Assembly (NCBI GenBank): GCA_046538065.1
Contig: JBKHJP010000001.1
Span: forward strand, 1 to 38,953
Reading direction: 5' to 3'
Length of the DNA stretch: 38,953 bases
DNA from: Thermoanaerobaculia bacterium
GTDB lineage: Bacteria > Acidobacteriota > Thermoanaerobaculia > Multivoradales > DATKCC01
Shown: one piece after another, positions 32,663-38,953 of the stretch
Numbering within the stretch: the stretch's first letter is position 1
How the letters are laid out: every line of letters starts with the position of its first letter
Notes under the pieces: generated by a model
Told to the model about the DNA's origin: nothing
Seen by the model: the letters and a program-made list of their open reading frames with translations, nothing else
Database searches by the model: none
Made by a program: the position numbers and the translations under genes

Positions 32663-34180
32663 TCACGAGTCGGCTCTCAGCGTGCCGTCAGCCGCCATGC
32701 ATGCGAGGCGAAGCATGGATTTCCCGAACTCGTCGGCGAGCCGTTCTCGTTCGCTGGCGTCGGTGGGCGCGAGGCTGTCCCGCCAGGTACCCGGCACTAG
32801 GGATCCCTCCTCCAGCCTCCGGTCCAGCGCTCTCGCCACCTGCGCCGCGTCCACGGCCAGCTCCCCTGCCTTCGCCCGCGAAAGCATCCGCGAGACTTCG
32901 GAACGGGAGCGGGCGTGCAACACTCCCGGCAACGACCTGTACCAGGGGTAGCCGAAGGTTATTACGGGCTTTTCCGCCTGGAGCGCTTCCCAGCCGGCGG
33001 TGCCGGAGACCGTGGCCACGATTTCGGATCCTCGGACGGCTACTTGCGAGCTGAAGTGCAGAGGGAGCAGGTGAATCCTGGGGTCGCTCAGGAGCTCCCG
33101 GTAGAACGTCAGGTCACGAGCCCGGGGCCAGGACTTGGCGTATCGCAACATCTGCGGATGTTCCTTGACGACCAGGCGCCAATTCTCCGGCAGGCCATCG
33201 AGGAGGAGGTGGATGTTGTTCACCTGCTCCCACAAGGACCTTCCCAGCAGGAGGGTCGTCGCCTCCGGCTGGAAGTGCAGCGGATAGTACACGAAGGGCT
33301 CACGGGGCAAGCCGTCCACCGCGTGCTTGGAATAGAGGCGAAGACAGCTTCGGATCCGGCGAGCGGTGGAGAGGTTGAAGAGGAGTCGGTGCAAGTACGC
33401 CTTCGGATTGTCTGGCACCAGCGAGGGGAATCGATCCGGGTGCGGAGTGAGGGCCCTTGGAAGCCGTCGTAACAGCTTGCCGGGCTTGTTGAGCCCGACG
33501 CGTCGCAGGAGGCTCAGGTCCTTCTGCATGGGCGTGAGCTGACGCTGTTTCGGAATCACCTCCGTGATGTAGCGCGAGGGCCGTATGGTGACAGGGTCCG
33601 CGCCCCGGGCGACCCGGAGGTCCTGCGCCTCGACCGAGGTGCGGACGATGAGCCTGCCCTCGATTGCCGTATCGAGGACCATGGCTGCCGGGATTCCCCG
33701 TAGGCGCGCGAGGGAGAAGAGAAGCTGGGAGAACGGGAGATGGGGGGAGTCGTGGAACAGAACGAAATCCGGACGGTGGTACTCAAGCAGGTCGAGCCAC
33801 ACCGGGACGAACCTGTGGATGACCCGCGTGCATGCCATGAGAGAGGCGCCAGTCCAGTTGTGACGGTCGATGAGCAGGAGAGTCTGGTAGAGGCTCGGGG
33901 CCAACGCGTCCAGAACCTCGCCGGACACTCCACGCGGCGGGCGGCGCCCCGGCGGCGGCTGTCCTTCCTTGGCGGCCTCCAGTTCATAGAGGCTCACCTC
34001 GGTAGGTAGACCTTTCAGGGAGTATCGCGGTGCCACGAGGAGCACCACGTCCAGCTCGTGGGGATGCCGCGCCAGGACGCCATGGACGTTGAGAGTGGAG
34101 TCGTTCGGAACGATGAAGAAGATCTTCGGCGGTCGAGCTCTGGTCATGTCGGAGGTATCTGCTGGAGTTTGGGTTTCCAT
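32663..34180 (-). CDS. Capsule_synth (KpsS/KpsC, PF05159)-like glycosyltransferase, candidate nonulosonic-acid transferase
   Basis: In-frame part of ORF 32663..34219(-). The ATG at 34180 has a GAGG 8 nt upstream. Motifs seen: KIFFIVPND..., FVYYPLHFQPEATTLLLG, WRLVVKEHPQMLRY and IVATVSGTAGWEALQAEKPVITFGYPWY. This matches the (Y)xLQxxxD / K.HP / S..G.EAL..GKPV..G pattern of the family as I remember it. It lies directly downstream of pseI. Confidence 0.55.
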   Translation of the reverse strand: METQTPADTSDMTRARPPKIFFIVPNDSTLNVHGVLARHPHELDVVLLVAPRYSLKGLPTEVSLYELEAAKEGQPPPGRRPPRGVSGEVLDALAPSLYQTLLLIDRHNWTGASLMACTRVIHRFVPVWLDLLEYHRPDFVLFHDSPHLPFSQLLFSLARLRGIPAAMVLDTAIEGRLIVRTSVEAQDLRVARGADPVTIRPSRYITEVIPKQRQLTPMQKDLSLLRRVGLNKPGKLLRRLPRALTPHPDRFPSLVPDNPKAYLHRLLFNLSTARRIRSCLRLYSKHAVDGLPREPFVYYPLHFQPEATTLLLGRSLWEQVNNIHLLLDGLPENWRLVVKEHPQMLRYAKSWPRARDLTFYRELLSDPRIHLLPLHFSSQVAVRGSEIVATVSGTAGWEALQAEKPVITFGYPWYRSLPGVLHARSRSEVSRMLSRAKAGELAVDAAQVARALDRRLEEGSLVPGTWRDSLAPTDASERERLADEFGKSMLRLACMAADGTLRADS

Positions 34181-34231
34181 CGCGTGTGCCTCGGACCCTT
34201 TGGGGGCTTCGGAGGGCACGTGGAGCTCGTA

Positions 34232-35302
34232 TCAGTCCCGCCGTACGACCTCCCACGACAGCGGAGTGCCCCGGCGAATATCGCGGACCGCCGTGGCACC
34301 CAGGACCTCGTCCAGGTGGCGGGGGTGGAGCCCGTGTCCCGGCCGGACGCTCCGGACGTTCTGAGACGTGAAGCGCTCGCCCTCACGGACGTCCTCGACC
34401 ACGAAGAGGGATCGCCGGAAGACCCGGCTGGGCCGCTCCCGCTCCGTGGGCTGGTAGCGGACGGTCCCCAGCGCCTTCTCCACGGTCCGCACCGAGTCGA
34501 CCAGCCGGCGGAGCTCTTGCGGTTCCAGGGAGAAGGCGCCGTCGGGCCCTCCGTCGGCCCGGGACAGGGTGAAGTGCTTCTCGATCACGCAGGCTCCCAG
34601 GGCGACGGCCGCCACCGCGACCTCGGTGCCCAGGGTGTGGTCCGACAGACCGGCGGGGACCCCGAAGGTCGTCGCGAGATGGGGGATGGTCCGGAGGTCG
34701 GCCTCTTCCGGTGGCGCCGGATAGGCGCTCGTGCACTTGAGGAGGACGATCTCGGTAGCCCCGGCGCCTCGTGCCGCGGCGACGGCCTCCTCGATCTCCC
34801 CCAGGGTCGCCATTCCCGTGGAGACGATCATGGGCTTGCCGGTGGCGGCGATCTTCCGGATCAGGGGGAGGTCCACGATCTCGAAGGAGGCCACCTTGTA
34901 GGCCGGGACGTCCATCTCCTCGAGGAAGTCCACGGCGGTGGGGTCGAAAGGCGTCGAGAACAGGATCAGACCCAGCTCCTCGGCGACCTCCCGGAGCTTC
35001 GGGTGCCACTCCCAGGGCGTCTGGGCTTCCCGATAGAGGTCGTGGAGGCTCCGGCCGTCCCAGATCGTCCCCCCTTCGACCCGGAAGGGCTCCTGGTCCA
35101 GGTCGAGCGTCATGGTGTCCGGGGTGTAAGTCTGGAGCTTCACGGCGTCGACGCCGGCAACATGGGCAGCGTGAAGGATTTCGGCGGCCCGGTCGAAGGA
35201 GCCGTTGTGGTTGGCGGAGACCTCGGCGACGACGAACACGGGCTCACCGGGGCCGATCCTCCGTCCGCCGATCTCTACCGTGTCCGGTCCCGGCCGGCTC
35301 AT
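34232..35302 (-). CDS. pseI: Pseudaminic acid synthase
   Basis: In-frame part of ORF 34232..35362(-). The ATG at 35302 overlaps the upstream TGA (ATGA at 35299-35302). Motifs seen: VFVVAEVSANHNGSFDRAAEILHAAHVAGVDAVKLQTYTPDTMTLD, LYREAQTPWEWH, FSTPFDPTAVDFLEEMDVPAYKVASFE, KPMIVSTGMATLGEIEEAV, LLKCTSAYPAPPEEADL, GLSDHTLG, VIEKHFTL and a C-terminal SAF-like domain. QTYTPDT and TPWEWH favour PseI over NeuB or LegI. Confidence 0.85.
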   Translation of the reverse strand: MSRPGPDTVEIGGRRIGPGEPVFVVAEVSANHNGSFDRAAEILHAAHVAGVDAVKLQTYTPDTMTLDLDQEPFRVEGGTIWDGRSLHDLYREAQTPWEWHPKLREVAEELGLILFSTPFDPTAVDFLEEMDVPAYKVASFEIVDLPLIRKIAATGKPMIVSTGMATLGEIEEAVAAARGAGATEIVLLKCTSAYPAPPEEADLRTIPHLATTFGVPAGLSDHTLGTEVAVAAVALGACVIEKHFTLSRADGGPDGAFSLEPQELRRLVDSVRTVEKALGTVRYQPTERERPSRVFRRSLFVVEDVREGERFTSQNVRSVRPGHGLHPRHLDEVLGATAVRDIRRGTPLSWEVVRRD

Positions 35303-35979
35303 CGTCGCTCCCACACGAGCTCGAAAGCCTCGGCGGCCTCGACTCCGATCACGCTCCCCCATCGGAGCGCCGTCGCCTCGAGTGCGCGGCGGGATCGCGG
35401 GTGGGGGAAGGGTCTGCGCTCGGTTTCATAGGCATCCATCGCTTCGAGCTTCTGTTGCAGGGTGCTGGAGACATCCCGGTAGGTGTTGGGCGTAAAGGGG
35501 GGCGCGAAGCGCCGGAAGGCCCAGTCCGTGGACGAGGGGACCTCGTAGGCGTAGAGGCGCTCGACGGGCAGGACGGGGAGGGGGCGGCACGCCGTGAGAG
35601 TGGCCTGAAACGTCCGCTGGTGGTCGATGTTGAGGTCGCCGCCGTGCTGGGTGAAGACCTCCGCGGGTCGGTGTCGAGCCAACAGGTCCTCCAGGAGCTT
35701 GACGATCTCCAGGAGCGGTAGCTCGTCGAAGCGGTTGTCAGGGAGTCCGAAGGTCTCGACGCTCGCCGCGCCCAGGGAACGCCCGACCTCCCGGGCGCGA
35801 GCGCGGAGCGCGTCCACCTCGTCCCGCGGCGCGTCTTCCCGGGAGCGAGCCCGGGAGGTGATCCCCTCGCCCAGGATGGCGACGTGCACGACGTGGGCCT
35901 CCTGGGCGAGCCGGGCGATCGTGCCTCCGCACCCGAGCACCTCGTCGTCGGGGTGCGCCGCCACGACCAGGACGTTCAT
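35299..35979 (-). CDS. PIG-L/LmbE-family de-N-acetylase (PF02585)
   Basis: ORF 35299..35979(-). It begins MNVLVVAAHPDDEVLGCGGTIARL (AHPDDE motif) and contains VFTQHGGDLNIDHQ. The ATG overlaps the upstream TGA (ATGA at 35976-35979). Confidence 0.8.
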   Translation of the reverse strand: MNVLVVAAHPDDEVLGCGGTIARLAQEAHVVHVAILGEGITSRARSREDAPRDEVDALRARAREVGRSLGAASVETFGLPDNRFDELPLLEIVKLLEDLLARHRPAEVFTQHGGDLNIDHQRTFQATLTACRPLPVLPVERLYAYEVPSSTDWAFRRFAPPFTPNTYRDVSSTLQQKLEAMDAYETERRPFPHPRSRRALEATALRWGSVIGVEAAEAFELVWERR

Positions 35980-36674
35980 CCTTCCTCCAGGGGGTCTTCG
36001 GTGATCGTCACGTCCGCCACCACCCGGCTGTCATAGAGCACGGAGCGCGAGAGCTCGAGCCGGAAGCGGCCATGCTTGATGAAGGCCCGGGGGTAACCCT
36101 CTGCGTCGAGCATGCGGACGAAGTCGTGCACCTGGCGTAGCTCCGTCAGATCCTCCGGCAGGCGGCTCTCTTTCGGAGAGCGCCTGGCGAACGTCGTGGC
36201 CTTCCCTTGCTGGGGCTGCGGCTCGGGATCGGAGCGCAAGATCTCCGCGATCATACCGGCCGCGGTCCGGCTGGCTCGGACGTAGATCTCCTCGGCGCTC
36301 CCGGCGAGGTTCAAAGGTCTCTTCAGGTAGACGGGGCCGGCATCGAGCTCGCGGGTGAGCCGGAACGCGGTGAGCACCGTCTCCTCATGGCCTCTCAGGA
36401 GGAGATTCTGGAGGGGGGAGCCGCCCCGTCCGTACGGCAGGTCGGTCATGTGGAAGCCCACGCACTCCCAGCGCTCCAGGATCTTTTCCGGGACGATCCA
36501 CGACCAGTGGAGGAAGAACACCCGGTCAGGCTGAAGGGCCTCGAGGGCCGCCGCGGTCAGCTCGTCCGGGGTGTCCACGTAGGACCATCGCCCGGGAAGG
36601 CCGGAGAGCTCCCGGTCGAAAACCCTCCGGTTCCAGGGGCGGTGGGCGGCGACGACGTAGTGCCGTTCAGGCAT
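35976..36674 (-). CDS. Formyltransferase-family protein (Fmt N-domain-like, the type found in pseudaminic acid clusters)
   Basis: ORF 35976..36674(-). Motifs seen: DRVFFLHWSWIVPEKILERWECVGFHMTDLPYGRGGSPLQNLLLRGHEETVLTAFRLTRELDAGPVYLK. This is the formyl_trans_N H...D pattern. The ATG overlaps the upstream stop by 8 nt. Confidence 0.75.
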   Translation of the reverse strand: MPERHYVVAAHRPWNRRVFDRELSGLPGRWSYVDTPDELTAAALEALQPDRVFFLHWSWIVPEKILERWECVGFHMTDLPYGRGGSPLQNLLLRGHEETVLTAFRLTRELDAGPVYLKRPLNLAGSAEEIYVRASRTAAGMIAEILRSDPEPQPQQGKATTFARRSPKESRLPEDLTELRQVHDFVRMLDAEGYPRAFIKHGRFRLELSRSVLYDSRVVADVTITEDPLEEG

Positions 36675-38202
36675 GCCTTCGCTCCTTCACCAGCTCGAAC
36701 GTTTCGGTCGTCTGCCCGCGGTGGGTGCCGGTCCCCAAGCTCGCGAAGCCCGCCCGGCGGAATGCGCCCAGCGATGCCCGGTTCCCGACCTTGACCCTGG
36801 CTCGAACCCGCTGCGTTCCGCGCTCCCGGAAAAACCGCTCGCAACCAGCGCGGATCAGCCCGGTCCCGAGCCCGCCCCCCCGGGCCGCCGGCTCCACGCT
36901 CACGTCGACGTTCGCAGTCTCGCCCTCGACCTCGAAGCGGATCTGTCCCACCGGTTCGCCGGCGCCGTCCAGGGCGACGTAGATGCGGGTTCCAGGATCG
37001 GTGAGGCGGCCGGCGAGCCACCGCCGGTGCTCCAGCCAGGGAATCGGGGCCGAGCGGAAGGAGGCCGCCCGCACGTCCGGATCGTTGACCCACCTCCAGA
37101 GCAGGCGGGCGTCTGTCAGGGTCGCGGGCCGAAGGGTCAGCTCGTTCGGAGCGGCTCCTAGGAGGGGGCCCAGGAGGCTCCGGGTGACCCGCGAAGCCCC
37201 CTCGCCGTCCACCAGGAGCATGCCCCGTTCACGCAGGGTCTCGAACAGCTCGCCGTCGCCCACGAGGTGCGCCAGGCCCCGGGTGGCGTTCTCTCCGGAC
37301 TTCGGGCCGACCCGGCCGGCCGACAGGGCGACGCCGCGGCGTGCCAGGGCGGCGGCCACCGGCTCCTGGTTGTCGGCGATCGCTACGACGACCGCCGGGA
37401 GGCCCAGGCAGGCCAGCTCCCAGCAGGTGGAGCCGGCGGCGGCGAGGGCCACGTCCGCTCGCTGGATCAGAGGGACCATGCTCGTGGGATCGTAGACGAG
37501 GCTGCCGGCGAGGGGGAGGTCCCGGATCCGCCCTTCCAGCCTCGCCGGCGACGGATGGGCGGGACCGGCCACGACCGTGACCTCCCGGAGCCCGAGGGGA
37601 TCTCCCGACAGGACCTCGAGGAGCTCCTCCCCGAGATCCCCGTCATTTCCTCCGCCCAACGTCACCAGGAGGCGCCGCGGCGGATGCCGGCGTTCCACGG
37701 GATCGCAGGCGGCGGCCCGGATCTCGCGCCGGAGGAGGGCGAAGCGGGGACCGAACAGCCCGCGGGCGGCGGCCGGGAGGTCCGGATAGTCCTGGGGACC
37801 AGCGTCCAGGTTCTGGTCCAGCAGGACGTCCACAGCACCGGGGCGTGGCCGGCCGTGGTCCGCCACCAGGAGCAGGCTCCGGGCTCCCCGGGTCACCGAC
37901 GTCTGGTACCCGGGTTCGAAGCGGTAACCGTCGAGGGCCACGACAGCCTGACGCGCGGCCGCCTCACGGGCGACGAGCTCGGCGTCTTCCTCGCTTCCCG
38001 GTTCGTGGGGCATCGGGATTCGCTCGATCCCTTCCGCATGGAACCTGGCCTCCAGGGCCGGGGGAATCGCGGCACTCACCAAGACTCCGGTCCCTCCCCT
38101 GTCCTGCCAGGCCTGGCCCAGGGCGAGGCAGCGCATCAGGTGGCCGATGCCGGTCCGGGGTCCGCCGTCGGCTCGGAGGAGGAGGTGGGGCCGGTCGCTC
38201 AT
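36667..38202 (-). CDS. pseG: Bifunctional PseG (UDP-2,4-diacetamido-2,4,6-trideoxy-beta-L-altropyranose hydrolase) / PseH-like GNAT N-acetyltransferase fusion
   Basis: In-frame part of ORF 36667..38289(-). The ATG at 38202 overlaps the upstream TGA (ATGA at 38199-38202). The N-terminal half has LLLRADGGPRTGIGHLMRCLALGQAW and AAAGSTCWELACLGLPAVVV (PseG/MurG-like). The C-terminal roughly 165 aa has LTLRPATLTDARLLWRWVNDPDVRAASFRSAPIPWLEHRRWL...GGGLGTGLI...N.ASLGAFRRAGF (PseH-type GNAT). Confidence 0.8.
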   Translation of the reverse strand: MSDRPHLLLRADGGPRTGIGHLMRCLALGQAWQDRGGTGVLVSAAIPPALEARFHAEGIERIPMPHEPGSEEDAELVAREAAARQAVVALDGYRFEPGYQTSVTRGARSLLLVADHGRPRPGAVDVLLDQNLDAGPQDYPDLPAAARGLFGPRFALLRREIRAAACDPVERRHPPRRLLVTLGGGNDGDLGEELLEVLSGDPLGLREVTVVAGPAHPSPARLEGRIRDLPLAGSLVYDPTSMVPLIQRADVALAAAGSTCWELACLGLPAVVVAIADNQEPVAAALARRGVALSAGRVGPKSGENATRGLAHLVGDGELFETLRERGMLLVDGEGASRVTRSLLGPLLGAAPNELTLRPATLTDARLLWRWVNDPDVRAASFRSAPIPWLEHRRWLAGRLTDPGTRIYVALDGAGEPVGQIRFEVEGETANVDVSVEPAARGGGLGTGLIRAGCERFFRERGTQRVRARVKVGNRASLGAFRRAGFASLGTGTHRGQTTETFELVKERRHA

Positions 38203-38927
38203 CCCTCCTCCAGCGCCTTCTGGACGACTCCGGCGTTGATCGCCCTCAGCGAGGGGTCGCTCTCGGCGATCCGGAGGAGCTCCTGCCACCCGGCGTAGGG
38301 GTCGTCCGCCCGGCGGTAGAGAGCCCGGACCAGCTTCAGGTCCTCCCGGGTGTCCACGGTCCAGCGGTGGCGGGAGAGGTCCCGGTCGTGGGTGACCGAG
38401 ACGAGGGCGAAGCGCTCCGGGTGGTGGTAGAGGTACGGCGTCACGTGGGCCCGTTCCCAGGGCTCCCGGGCCTCCCGGGCGGCCTGCTCCAGGGCCTCCC
38501 GGCGGAAGACCTCCACGTCCAGGCCCTGGGGGTAGGTGCGCTTCAGGGTGTTGCTGGCGTAGTCGGCGCCGGATTCCCGGAACCGCTGGACCACCCGGTC
38601 CACCACCTGGGGGTCGATCAGGGGGCAGTCCGCGGTCACGCGGACCACCGCGTCGGCGGCGAGCTGTCGCGCCGCGCCGGCGTAGCGGTCCAGGACGTCC
38701 TCCTCGGAGCCCCGGAAGACGGGGACCCGGAGCTCCCGGCCGAGCTCGGCCACCGGGTCGTCGCCGGGCTCGGTCGACGTGGCGACCACGACGGCGTCGA
38801 GGGTCCGGGCCCGGCCGAGCCGGCCCAGGACCCGGCTCAGCATGGGCCGCCCTTCGATCTCCGCGAGCACCTTTCCCGGGAGCCGGGTGCTCCCCATGCG
38901 GGCCTGGACGATGGCGACGGTGGTCAC
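38199..38927 (-). CDS. SpsF/PseF-like cytidylyltransferase (CTP_transf_3 family)
   Basis: In-frame part of ORF 38199..38945(-). The GTG at 38927 has a GGAGG 7 nt upstream and overlaps the upstream TGA (GTGA at 38924-38927). Motifs seen: VAIVQARMGSTRLPGKVLAEIEGRPML, VVVATSTEPGDDPV, RVTADCPLIDP and YASNTL. Confidence 0.75.
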   Translation of the reverse strand: MTTVAIVQARMGSTRLPGKVLAEIEGRPMLSRVLGRLGRARTLDAVVVATSTEPGDDPVAELGRELRVPVFRGSEEDVLDRYAGAARQLAADAVVRVTADCPLIDPQVVDRVVQRFRESGADYASNTLKRTYPQGLDVEVFRREALEQAAREAREPWERAHVTPYLYHHPERFALVSVTHDRDLSRHRWTVDTREDLKLVRALYRRADDPYAGWQELLRIAESDPSLRAINAGVVQKALEEG

Positions 38928-38953
38928 GGGAGCGCCTCCAGGCACTCGCGGAG
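38924..38953 (-). CDS. 3' end (9 codons) of an unidentified upstream gene running off the right edge
   Basis: My minus-strand translation from the window edge gives LRECLEALP*. The TGA overlaps the next GTG start. By operon logic it could be pseC or pseB, but the sequence is far too short to tell. Confidence 0.3.
   Translation of the reverse strand, partial: LRECLEALP

Noticed and set aside
34058-38298. ORFs 34058..35431(+), 34383..35009(-), 34771..35721(+), 36207..36794(+), 36557..37093(-) and 37267..38298(+) in the pse region.
   Set aside because: They are shadows of pseI, the PIG-L, formyltransferase and pseG/H genes. They have no motifs and the typical GC-rich shadow composition.
1-38953. 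I looked for a CRISPR array, tRNA or rRNA genes, IS elements, integrases or phage genes, and toxin-antitoxin or restriction-type defence genes.
   Set aside because: I saw no regularly spaced direct repeats, no cloverleaf-like or rRNA-like segments, and no translations with transposase (DDE), integrase (R..H..R..Y), nuclease or ATPase defence signatures. The mosaic structure is inferred only from composition shifts and gene remnants.

Overview
High-GC bacterial DNA, about 80% GC in the richest lines I hand-counted, with three lower-GC islands. The window is essentially one large surface-glycan biosynthesis locus. I support about 38 protein-coding genes (2 cut by the window edges) and 2 gene remnants. 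I saw no rRNA, tRNA, CRISPR array, transposase or integrase. All family calls come from reading motifs in the translations, because no BLAST or HMM search was possible.

Layout, left to right:
- (a) 1-7871: a bacillosamine-type module. It has a CapD/PglF-like dehydratase, a PglE/EpsN-like aminotransferase, a PglD/NeuD-like acetyltransferase and a PglC-like priming phosphoglycosyl transferase. A plus-strand insert splits it. The insert carries an arylsulfotransferase (ASST)-like gene, a decayed paralogue of that gene, and a large GT-C-like membrane protein.
- (b) 8020-15809: three more GT-C-like membrane proteins. They are followed by a Dpm1/GtrB-like polyprenyl-phosphate glycosyltransferase, a SAM methyltransferase and a GtrA-family protein.
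- (c) 15785-31151: a roughly 15 kb minus-strand run of genes, most with overlapping stop and start codons. It holds a methyltransferase, five GT4 glycosyltransferases and a membrane-anchored sulfatase-fold protein with Thr at the nucleophile position. It also holds two CE4 deacetylases, a PAPS-type sulfotransferase, a Wzy-like membrane protein and two paralogous long GNAT acyltransferases.
- (d) 31526-34180: a lower-GC islet with a second sulfotransferase and a Capsule_synth (KpsS/KpsC)-like transferase.
- (e) 34232-38953: a pseudaminic acid operon. It has an SpsF/PseF-like cytidylyltransferase, a PseG-PseH fusion, a formyltransferase, a PIG-L deacetylase and PseI.

No Wzx, ABC or Wza/Wzc export genes lie inside the window.

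Most interesting points:
- An unusual density of sulfur-ester enzymes sits next to nonulosonic-acid and diNAcBac-type chemistry.
- Four GT-C-like proteins occur together with a lipid-monosaccharide donor module.
- There are clear recombination scars: an ASST remnant, and a 65-nt duplicate of a GT4 5' end at a GC-content boundary.
- One ORF has no stop codon and runs about 500 nt antisense into the PglD-like gene. A one-base change in a C5 run would restore a stop.
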